The position numbers and the translations under genes are program-made. The notes beneath the pieces are model-generated. The model was not told where the DNA came from and searched no databases. It saw only the letters and a program-made list of their open reading frames with translations. A stretch of 64,000 nt of DNA from Acidobacteriota bacterium. GTDB lineage: Bacteria > Acidobacteriota > UBA6911 > JACQSX01. Positions within the stretch are counted from its first letter, which is position 1, and every line of letters starts with the position of its first letter. The DNA lies in contig JACQSX010000038.1 in the NCBI GenBank assembly GCA_016211105.1, positions 12,876-76,875 of the forward strand, given 5' to 3'. Positions 17,951 to 25,817 of this stretch are shown one piece after another.

Positions 17951-20332
17951 TCACTTTGGGATCGCGCCACCAACATCCGGAGCGATCGAGTGCATAAAGG
18001 CGATCGCGGCCTCGAGGTCAGTGCCGATTTTCTTTCCCTTGTACTCCTGGCCTTCGGCAATTTTCGGTACTCCACCGGAGTTCACCACATGGCAGGAGGC
18101 GCATTTTACCGGACCGTGACTTCCGTCTGCGTTCATGATCGCAGCCTGATTGTAAGTGGTTGGATCCACCTTTGGATTCGCCGGATAAAGACCATGAATC
18201 GACTCATGGCATACCTGGCACGCCAAGCCGGAGTGCCCTTTGGAGTATCGCATGAGCGAGTACTTCCCGGGCTGGTTGATCGGGAATGCGACGCCTCCCT
18301 GGGCCTCCACAAAAGGCGCGGCATGGCAATCGGCGCAATGCGGCTCGCCTGCCGACAGCCAGTAGTCACGGCCATGTGTTGCCGCTTCATAGGGGACTGC
18401 AAGACCGTTCCTAAATCGGCTCGCCTCGTTCGGATTCGCGGAGAGAATCTTCACATTCGCGTCTCCGTCCTCATCTTTTGCGACTACCGGCGCCCCATTC
18501 TCCACTTCAATGACGGCAATCGAAGGAACCAGGCGTTTCTTGGCCCACGTCAACTGCACGCCGCTATCCGTGTCCTCTCCACTCAAGGGAACCTTGGGAT
18601 CAATGTACTTGCTGATCAGTTCCGTCTCGCTTACACCAATGGCGCTGGCAATCTGGGCAAGAGACTTGCCGCGGATGGTCTCCTGCTCGGAGGGGGCAAA
18701 CGGATTCTTGAGGTTATCCCGTTGATAGAGTTCACGAGTAAGCTGGTTATGGCAGTTCGTACACCACAATCCTTTATAGCGGCCATTTTCATACACGACA
18801 TTCTTTTGCAGGTACTCCCCGACAGCGTTCAGATGCGACGGCCGGTTCGCTGTCTCTTTCTTGGCGTCTGCATTTGAATGCGCGTCGCGTCCTACGAAAC
18901 ATCCGCCGGCGGCATCACGGTTGTCAGACTTTGCGAAATTGTTTTCTCCCACCGTGGTAATCGGATAATTTTCCATGCTCCGGTCGAACCGGTGCGCTGG
19001 ATGACAACCTTGACAGGCGCCGGTCCGTCCCTGAGAGTCGGACAACGGCCGGACACGTTGGTGGACCGCGTGCATTGCTTCCGTGAGCGGCGAGATTAGG
19101 CGCGGTTTGTCTTCGCCGCTTGCTCGCGGAACAGCTTCTCCGACCGTTTTGGAATGAAGTTTGCCAATGACGTTGTCTGCATGGCAGTCCTGGCAGAGCA
19201 CGGGTTGACGGCCAAGGCGGTTACCGGAAGCTTTAGCATTGTAATTTTTCAAGAATTCGGTTCCGTGTTTAGCATCGTGAATCTCCATGATGGAAATCGC
19301 CGTCGCCTTCAGGTGCGCAAACCACTCGGAAGCTCCTACCGATTTCCAGTAATTTAATTCATCCTTGTACTTGTTGTATTGCACCCCGTTGGCATTGCTG
19401 TTGGCATGGCAGTTATAACAGTTTGGCACATCGATGGGGTTGGTGCCGGTAAACGACGTTGGATTCCCAGATGAACCCAAGACGGCTTTCCCTGTTTTGG
19501 CGTCGACCAGGGTCACACGCGCCATCTGGTAGGGCTGAATGTCTTTCTCCTCCAGCTTCATAATGCCCTTGGCTGCATCTTTGTCGGCAAAAGGTGTAAG
19601 CGGAAGCCCGAGCGCCTCCCATATTCCGGGATTCGTGAGGACGATCGGGACATTGTCAAGCACCGGGCTTTTGGTAAAAACGATGGTTCCCTTTTCCCCG
19701 GAATACTTCATGTAGCCGTTGGAAACCGGCTGACCGGCAGGACCGGAATCGATTGGGATGGGTATTTCCACCCCTACGCGCATTTTTTCTTTGTCCCGGC
19801 TTGTATTCTTCGGGTTCGAGCCTTCCAGATCCCCATATATATAGAGGTGACGGAAATAGGCATTCGCCACATTCTCATTTGCCTCGTAAGGGTTGCCGTT
19901 CCCATTGATGTCATACGGAACATTCCAGTAGGCCATTTTGTTGCCTTCGGAATACGAGTTGTCCACATGTTCGTAGTGGAGCTTGTAGCGATTTTCGCCA
20001 TCCACCAAAATTCCCGGGTCCTTTGGGTCCGCTGCAAGAAGCTTCGGCAGTCCCCCAGTCGTGCTCTCATGACGCACGACCTGCGCCTGAATGCTGTTGT
20101 ACGGTGGCAGCACGCAGCAGTACGAGAAGTCAAAGCCCGTGCAGTGCATCCCCAATTCATAGTTAATCGAGATAAGGTAATCCAGTTGTTTGGATGCTCC
20201 AGGAGAAGTCGTTCCCTTCTGGCATCCGACCAGTGCCACCCCGGCGCCCAGCGCCACCACAAAGAGCCCAAACGTACATCTTTTCAGTCCCGTCAATGTC
20301 GCTTCCGCCTCGAACTTCAACCACCGCGTCAT
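17951..20332 (-). CDS. Heptahaem c-type cytochrome lipoprotein (793 aa)
   Basis: The lipobox is 'ALVGCQ'. Seven CxxCH motifs are present (CYNCH, CQDCH, CQGCH, CTNCH, CADCH, CQVCH, CASCH), all after residue 300. An AAGGAGGA SD is present. Confidence 0.85.
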   Translation of the reverse strand: MTRWLKFEAEATLTGLKRCTFGLFVVALGAGVALVGCQKGTTSPGASKQLDYLISINYELGMHCTGFDFSYCCVLPPYNSIQAQVVRHESTTGGLPKLLAADPKDPGILVDGENRYKLHYEHVDNSYSEGNKMAYWNVPYDINGNGNPYEANENVANAYFRHLYIYGDLEGSNPKNTSRDKEKMRVGVEIPIPIDSGPAGQPVSNGYMKYSGEKGTIVFTKSPVLDNVPIVLTNPGIWEALGLPLTPFADKDAAKGIMKLEEKDIQPYQMARVTLVDAKTGKAVLGSSGNPTSFTGTNPIDVPNCYNCHANSNANGVQYNKYKDELNYWKSVGASEWFAHLKATAISIMEIHDAKHGTEFLKNYNAKASGNRLGRQPVLCQDCHADNVIGKLHSKTVGEAVPRASGEDKPRLISPLTEAMHAVHQRVRPLSDSQGRTGACQGCHPAHRFDRSMENYPITTVGENNFAKSDNRDAAGGCFVGRDAHSNADAKKETANRPSHLNAVGEYLQKNVVYENGRYKGLWCTNCHNQLTRELYQRDNLKNPFAPSEQETIRGKSLAQIASAIGVSETELISKYIDPKVPLSGEDTDSGVQLTWAKKRLVPSIAVIEVENGAPVVAKDEDGDANVKILSANPNEASRFRNGLAVPYEAATHGRDYWLSAGEPHCADCHAAPFVEAQGGVAFPINQPGKYSLMRYSKGHSGLACQVCHESIHGLYPANPKVDPTTYNQAAIMNADGSHGPVKCASCHVVNSGGVPKIAEGQEYKGKKIGTDLEAAIAFMHSIAPDVGGAIPK

Positions 20333-20361
20333 GGCTCACATCCTCCTTTTGATGGATATGT

Positions 20362-20613
20362 TTAGAGCGATACGTTGATTTTCATCCCACCCTGAAGTAC
20401 GCGATTATCCAACCGATAATTGACGCTGTCAACCCAAGTTCGCCACTGAGCTGCGAAGGGGAGCGTGTTGGTCAAGCGGTAACGCACCCGCGCGTACTTG
20501 TGACAATGTCCAAACCCCGCGCGTAAGCAAGCGGTGGGAAGAAGCAAACTCGCTTTCTCCATGAAATCCATCAGCATACGGTTCGCGCAGCCACGCGGGC
20601 GCGTGGACGACAC
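20362..20613 (-). CDS. Small hypothetical ORF with amphipathic beta-strand-like C-terminus
   Basis: 83-aa GTG-start ORF between the two cytochrome genes. Its tail 'RVRYRLTNTLPFAAQWRTWVDSVNYRLDNRVLQGGMKINVSL' has an alternating hydrophobic pattern. There is no SD and no homology that I can name. Confidence 0.3.
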   Translation of the reverse strand: MSSTRPRGCANRMLMDFMEKASLLLPTACLRAGFGHCHKYARVRYRLTNTLPFAAQWRTWVDSVNYRLDNRVLQGGMKINVSL

Positions 20614-20631
20614 AAGAAATCCCCGACCTTA

Positions 20632-20901
20632 CTATTTCTGCTGAGCCACGGAGAATTTCTGGCTCGCCCGGATCATGGGTGTTACGCTGTCGCCGACTTG
20701 ATACGTCAACGACGCCTCGACTTGGATCTCGCTGGTACCTTGCGGCGCACTTAGTTTAAACGAATGCGTCGTCCGGCCCGGCTGAAGTGCGTTGTCGTCC
20801 CAGGAACGAATCAGCCAGTTGTCCACCGTCTTTTCGCCCTTCTTATCCTTCTGAGTGTAACCAACCATATTAAAGGTCTTGCTTTCGCCAAACACCTGCA
20901 C
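20632..20901 (-). CDS. C-terminal segment of the upstream multihaem cytochrome (same frame, beyond an in-frame TGA)
   Basis: This ORF is in the same reading frame as 20953-21849. Only a TGA (20955-20953) and 17 sense codons (PWGAKAVLDVTAKDAQG) separate the two. Confidence 0.6.
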   Translation of the reverse strand: MQVFGESKTFNMVGYTQKDKKGEKTVDNWLIRSWDDNALQPGRTTHSFKLSAPQGTSEIQVEASLTYQVGDSVTPMIRASQKFSVAQQK

Positions 20902-20952
20902 CCCTTGAGCATCTTTTGCGGTGACATCCAGTACCGCTTTGGCGCCCCACGG

Positions 20953-21849
20953 TCAAGTATCAGGAAGACGGTGACCTGCTTTATTGTTGATCGTGACTAT
21001 GAGTTCCGTGTCTCCACCCGCGCCAGCCTTCGTGGCCAAAGCAATCTCCGTCGCGCCTCGCAGCGCGGCCGCATCATGCCAGCCAGGAAATAGATGGCTG
21101 GAGACTTTCCTGGTCGGCACGCCGTCAATCTCGGCTGCCTTGCCGTCTTTCTTTTCCATATGACAACTCTGGCACTCTCTCATGTCGGCTTTAGCGGCTT
21201 TGGGCCCATACGGGCCGGCAGCCCAGGCGTCAAAAGTAAGCGAGCAAACGATATCCCAATCGGCGCTCACCTTCATATCCGCCGGGGTGACATACGTATG
21301 GCAGCTCTTGCAAAATTCCGACTTCTCCATTTGAGAGGCATACTGCGCGCCATGCCCTGGATTCACCGGGTTCTTGATGGTGCCGTAGTACACTTGTTTA
21401 TCGATCCCCTCCGGAGGCTTTACCTCGGGATGTCCGCTGGCGGAAAGCGCGTGGCAAGCTACGCAATCCACACTCAGGCCAGCCAGCGCTTCTCTCTGAT
21501 CGGTCTTGACCAACTGGGCCAGACGGGCAAAGTCTTCGTCGCTGGAGAAGCGCATCGCGGGCGCATGACAGCCGACGCAACCCATCAACTCATTGCGATT
21601 GAGCGCTCGACCCTTGGCCTGCTCTTGCGTGGTGATGTACCTCTTAAAACCCGCATGCATAGCCACCATGGTCTTGGCGTGGTAGGAGCGCTCCCATTCT
21701 TGGTAGTGACTCGAATGACACGCTTTGCAATCATTCGCAGTCACACCCAGTGGATTGGCAATTGTGGCTGTCTTCTCCTGCGCCAAAACCCCACTGAAAG
21801 ACAGCCAGGCTAGCGTCACAAGACAAGTGACTCGGTCGTATCGGATCAT
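20953..21849 (-). CDS. Pentahaem c-type cytochrome (cytochrome c554-like family), ends at an in-frame TGA
   Basis: Start taken at ATG 21849 (GAAGGAGGGG SD), giving the signal peptide 'MIRYDRVTCLVTLAWLSFSGVLAQ'. Five CxxCH motifs are present (CKACH, CVGCH, CVACH, CKSCH, CQSCH). It ends '...NKAGHRLPDT*'. Confidence 0.8.
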   Translation of the reverse strand: MIRYDRVTCLVTLAWLSFSGVLAQEKTATIANPLGVTANDCKACHSSHYQEWERSYHAKTMVAMHAGFKRYITTQEQAKGRALNRNELMGCVGCHAPAMRFSSDEDFARLAQLVKTDQREALAGLSVDCVACHALSASGHPEVKPPEGIDKQVYYGTIKNPVNPGHGAQYASQMEKSEFCKSCHTYVTPADMKVSADWDIVCSLTFDAWAAGPYGPKAAKADMRECQSCHMEKKDGKAAEIDGVPTRKVSSHLFPGWHDAAALRGATEIALATKAGAGGDTELIVTINNKAGHRLPDT

Positions 21850-22055
21850 GACCCCTCCTTCGTTTGGCCTAACGGCGTCCCCTACAAATACAACTGAACG
21901 GTCTGAAATAAAAGGAAAAAACGCAGATATACGTGAGCGCCGAGCATCAAACTTTCCGCTTAGCTCCCCTGCGCTCTTTTCGAACTCCGGACACTCGCCA
22001 GGAGCATTCGCCACCTATCTTACGGATCTCCAGAGTTACGCGCAGCGCCCTGCCT

Positions 22056-22874
22056 TCATTGTGGTATCCGCGCCATCAGCATAAACTGCTGCTGTACACT
22101 GTTGATGGCTTCAGCTCTTAAAGGTTCGTTTCCCAGGCGCGGAAGCAGAATGGCAATCTGCGGGTTATCACTGAGCCCGGGGCCGATTTCAAACTCGGCC
22201 ACTGGCTGCCCGCGATAGATCACACGCGCGCTCTTCAGAAAGAAGGGATCGTAGCTCTTAGCGATACGGCCATCCGCATTCATGACATATCCGGAAAGCA
22301 TCGGGTGGCGGAACAGCATATTGGCCTGCACTAGCTCGCCTATCTCCTGGAAACGAACTCGCAACACCTCACCCACTAACTTGCGTGTCGGCTCCTGTCC
22401 CGCACCGCAGCCCCCGACGCCCACCTCAATGGCGCTGGAAATGCCGAGCCACTTGCCATGCAAGGAGCACTCGGCGATCGCTTTCAACCGGGTGCTTTTC
22501 GCCATCTTAATTGCGACAGTTACTTGAGCCTGACGCACCGCAGGTGAAAAGGTTGCGACATACTTCAGCTTTACGACACTATTTTCGTCAAACAAAGCCA
22601 GTCGACGGATGTGATGTTTTTCGTCGCCCGCGAGCGGCACACTGACCGTGACCATCACCTCGTTGGCTGTCTCCACGACCCGCGGCGCTTTGATGCGCGG
22701 CGTATGCTGAGAATCCGAATTGCTCTGAACTTTCTCCAACAATGCCGCCAGACGCCGATTGGTGGCATCCAGGATATCGACATCCTGTGCCGGGGCTACC
22801 AGACCTCGGCTTAAGAGCAGAACTGACAAAATCCATATTCTCTTCATTATGATTAAAGACATATTTTGCTCCAC
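22056..22874 (-). CDS. soxYZ: Fused SoxY-SoxZ sulfur carrier protein
   Basis: The signal peptide is 'MKRIWILSVLLLSRGLVAPAQ'. The SoxY-like half ends 'AIEVGVGGCGAG' (Cys156, codon 22407-22409). The SoxZ-like half has 'MLFRHPMLSGYVMNADGRIAKSYDPFFLKSARVIYRGQPVAEFEIGPGLSDNPQIAILL'. The start could be GTG 22874, ATG 22862 or ATG 22847. Confidence 0.75.
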   Translation of the reverse strand: MEQNMSLIIMKRIWILSVLLLSRGLVAPAQDVDILDATNRRLAALLEKVQSNSDSQHTPRIKAPRVVETANEVMVTVSVPLAGDEKHHIRRLALFDENSVVKLKYVATFSPAVRQAQVTVAIKMAKSTRLKAIAECSLHGKWLGISSAIEVGVGGCGAGQEPTRKLVGEVLRVRFQEIGELVQANMLFRHPMLSGYVMNADGRIAKSYDPFFLKSARVIYRGQPVAEFEIGPGLSDNPQIAILLPRLGNEPLRAEAINSVQQQFMLMARIPQ

Positions 22875-24038
22875 TCAGCCTGCAATAAGCCAGCGGGATT
22901 TTTCGTTCCAGCGGGCCAACACATACCAACCTAGCAGCACGGCGATCGTGAGCGCCAATCCCAGCGGCCAACCTGTCATATCTGGCAGGAATACGGCGCT
23001 TCCCAGAAACTGGAGCAACTGTCGCTGCTCCAGAAAACCACGAAACGAAGAGCCGGCAATCGCAAAACCGGCGACCGCGCACCAGAGTTTGACGTGTCCC
23101 TCACCCGCCCGCCATATGGAGCCAGCGCCGCATCCGCCCGCCATCACCATTCCCACGCCGAAGATAACGCCGCCAAACAAACTTCCTTGCCAGAACGATG
23201 GGAAGACAAAGGCCTCTACTGAACGCAAGTCGGTGCTTTTCAGCACTGAAAACCCGAGGGCGCTCACCAGAAGGGATAACACTGCAGCTCGAGTCATTTC
23301 GCTATCGCCCGTCAGGAAAGGCTCTCGAAACGCACGCACCAAACAAAAACGCGAGCGCTGCAGCACAATCCCCAGAAGCAAGCCAAAAAGCAGTAGTCCG
23401 CCGCGTTGTTCAAAACCTTTCCTGGCGTACATCAATACGGTAAAGCCTACCAGCAGGAGGCAGACACCGCCCAGCCACGGCTGCAAGCTGGGACCGCCAT
23501 CCAAGGCGCCCCAAACATTCCGCGTTGGCCCGGCCAGAAGCCGCGGCAGGCGCTCGGTTTCCCACAACAAATAGCGCAATCCTAGATATGCGCCCACCGT
23601 CAGTCCCACCATCATCATCGGACCGGAAAGCGAAAGAGCAGAAAGCGCGCTGTAGAATCCACCGATATTGCAGCCCATCGCCAACATGGCGCCGACACCC
23701 ATGAATAGACCGCCGATCAACCCTTTTGCTAATTCTGCAGGCGGCGCAATCCGTATCGCAAACTGACGGCTCAGCAGGGAAGATGTCAACGCTCCAATAA
23801 GTAAACCAAAGTTCAACACCGAACCCGAATACAGCCACGGTGGAAGAATTTGGGACTGCGACTGCGCACCCAGCATCCGGAAAAACCAGTCGCCCCAATT
23901 TCGCAGGCCATCCGCGGCTGTCCAAGGCCTTTCGTACGCAAAAAGCAGAATATTCAAGGTCGCCAACAGGAATGCCGCAGACCACACCGACAGTGGGCGG
24001 CGAAAGATCGAATCAAATAGTTCTTTAACCACGCTCAT
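22875..24038 (-). CDS. yeeE: YeeE/YedE-family sulfur-compound (thiosulfate) permease
   Basis: 387 aa and polytopic. Conserved Cys-containing loops are 'AMGCNIGGFY' and 'MAGGCGAGSIW'. Confidence 0.8.
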   Translation of the reverse strand: MSVVKELFDSIFRRPLSVWSAAFLLATLNILLFAYERPWTAADGLRNWGDWFFRMLGAQSQSQILPPWLYSGSVLNFGLLIGALTSSLLSRQFAIRIAPPAELAKGLIGGLFMGVGAMLAMGCNIGGFYSALSALSLSGPMMMVGLTVGAYLGLRYLLWETERLPRLLAGPTRNVWGALDGGPSLQPWLGGVCLLLVGFTVLMYARKGFEQRGGLLLFGLLLGIVLQRSRFCLVRAFREPFLTGDSEMTRAAVLSLLVSALGFSVLKSTDLRSVEAFVFPSFWQGSLFGGVIFGVGMVMAGGCGAGSIWRAGEGHVKLWCAVAGFAIAGSSFRGFLEQRQLLQFLGSAVFLPDMTGWPLGLALTIAVLLGWYVLARWNEKSRWLIAG

Positions 24039-24324
24039 GGGACTCGTCGTCGGATGTGACCGCTTTCCCCAAAGATAACAGTTTTGTTACTGCTATCTCT
24101 TCTCGTCAAGGCCCGGGGAACCGTCCGCAATTTGACACCCCCTTGCCCTTTCTCTGATGGCTTTTTTTCAGGCCGTCTCCGGTTATGTAATTTGCAGCGA
24201 CTGTGTAGAGGCAATGGAATCCTATCACTTCCACGCGATCTGACAGCAACTATTCCTCAAGCGAAAGTTTGACTGCGACACCTGCAAACGATTCCCGCGA
24301 CCCGGGCGCTGCCGCGCCGCTTCC

Positions 24325-25797
24325 TCAATCGGCCAGGTCGATGAAAACGTTCTTGACTTCGGTGTAGAGTTGCAGTGCGTGCATGCTGAGTTCACGGCCA
24401 AAGCCAGACTTCTTGTAGCCGCCGAAAGGCGCAAAGATGCCATGACGGCTCGCGCTTGAGTGCCCGTTGATGGAGACCATACCGGTGCGAAGACCTTTCG
24501 CCACGCGCAGCGCCTTTCCGATATCCCTGGTCCAGATTGAGGCGTTCAAGCCATAGTCATTGGCATTCGCCAGACGAATGACTTCCTCCTCCGTGGAATA
24601 CGGAATCACCACGACCACCGGACCAAAAATCTCTTCCTGGGCAATTCGCATGCCGTTGGATACTTCGGTGAAGATCGTCGGCGCAAAAAAGTTTCCTTCC
24701 GGGAACGCTCGGGGCCGTTGGCCTCCACAGGCAAGCCTGGCCCCTTCTGAGCGACCGATATCGACATATCTTTTTACCCGCTCCCACTGAGAGGGAGTGA
24801 TGAGCGGACCCATTTCGGTCGATTCGTCCAGAGGGTGGCCCATCCGATACTTTTCGGTCGCTCCGATGAACGCCTGCACAAACTCGTCGTGGGCCGGTCT
24901 GGCAACGAAGACCCGAGTGCGTGCAGAACAGGATTGGCCGGCGTTGCCAAAACCCGCTTTGACGGCGGCAGTCGCCGCCTTTTGCACGTCGGCGTCGGCA
25001 AAAATGATATTAGGGCTCTTGCCGCCCAATTCCAGCGAAATCCTTTTGATCATGTCAGCGGAAAGCTTGAGAATCTCAGCGCCGGTTGTGGTGGCGCCGG
25101 TAAAAGCAATCTTGTCAATCAGTGGGTGGGCCGCCATGTAGCCGCCGATTTCTGATCCCGGCCCCGGCAAAATGTTCACCACTCCCTCAGGCACACCAGC
25201 CTCGTTGCCGATTTCGCCCAGGAAAAGGGCGGTCAGTGGCGTGTAGCTGGCGGGTTTCACAATGACGGCGCACCCAGTGGCCAGCGCAGGCGCCACCTTC
25301 CAGGCAGCCGCCAGGAATGGGAAGTTCCAAGGCACAATCTGGCACACAACGCCGACCGGCTCGCGCAGTGTAAAATCGACAATTTTGTCGCCCATCGGAA
25401 TACTTTCGCCGAAGAATTTTTCCATCGCGCCAGCATAATAGTCGAAGACCATGGCGGCTGACAGAACCTCGCCGCGGGCATTCGTGATCGGCTTTCCTCC
25501 GTTGAGCGCTTCAACCCTGGCGATTTCCTCGGACCGGCGGCGAATGCCATCAGCGATCTTCTGGATCATCCGACCTCGCTCATAAGGACTCATCTTGGGC
25601 CAGGGACCCTCATCGAAAGCCTTGCGCGCGGCGATGGCCGCCCGATCCACGTCGGTCTTGCTCGCCATGGCGACTGCGGCGAGCGGCTGGTTCGTCGATG
25701 GATCATAGACGGTCGCAGTTTTGCCGTCACTCGCCTCCGCATACTTGCCGGCAAGAAATAACTGCGTTGGTAAAACCATAGTTTGTAAATCGCTCAT
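24325..25797 (-). CDS. NAD(P)-dependent aldehyde dehydrogenase
   Basis: 490 aa with 'LELGGKSPNIIF' and 'FGNAGQSCSARTR' (catalytic Glu and Cys motifs). Confidence 0.9.
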   Translation of the reverse strand: MSDLQTMVLPTQLFLAGKYAEASDGKTATVYDPSTNQPLAAVAMASKTDVDRAAIAARKAFDEGPWPKMSPYERGRMIQKIADGIRRRSEEIARVEALNGGKPITNARGEVLSAAMVFDYYAGAMEKFFGESIPMGDKIVDFTLREPVGVVCQIVPWNFPFLAAAWKVAPALATGCAVIVKPASYTPLTALFLGEIGNEAGVPEGVVNILPGPGSEIGGYMAAHPLIDKIAFTGATTTGAEILKLSADMIKRISLELGGKSPNIIFADADVQKAATAAVKAGFGNAGQSCSARTRVFVARPAHDEFVQAFIGATEKYRMGHPLDESTEMGPLITPSQWERVKRYVDIGRSEGARLACGGQRPRAFPEGNFFAPTIFTEVSNGMRIAQEEIFGPVVVVIPYSTEEEVIRLANANDYGLNASIWTRDIGKALRVAKGLRTGMVSINGHSSASRHGIFAPFGGYKKSGFGRELSMHALQLYTEVKNVFIDLAD

Positions 25798-25817
25798 GAC
25801 ATGGCCTCGCTAGAAAA

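Noticed and set aside
18602-18670. A helix-turn-helix-like segment 'GKSLAQIASAIGVSETELISKYI' inside the heptahaem lipoprotein cytochrome.
   Set aside because: The protein is exported (lipobox, seven haem sites), so a DNA-binding role is implausible. This is probably a chance resemblance within a helical insertion, but it could be examined in a structure model.
20953-20955. Genome-wide reassignment of UGA (for example to Gly) as the explanation for the in-frame TGA in the cytochrome gene.
   Set aside because: Several well-supported genes in this window terminate at TGA at the expected protein length, for example the radical SAM gene at 498-500, lplA at 2605-2607 and yeeE at 22875-22877. UGA is therefore a normal stop codon here.
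24082-24108. The imperfect inverted repeat AGATAACAG-N8-CTGCTATCT upstream of yeeE, as a possible regulator site.
   Set aside because: Only 8 of 9 arm positions pair, I could not find a convincing -35/-10 nearby, and there is no second copy elsewhere in the cluster. This is too weak to report as a feature.
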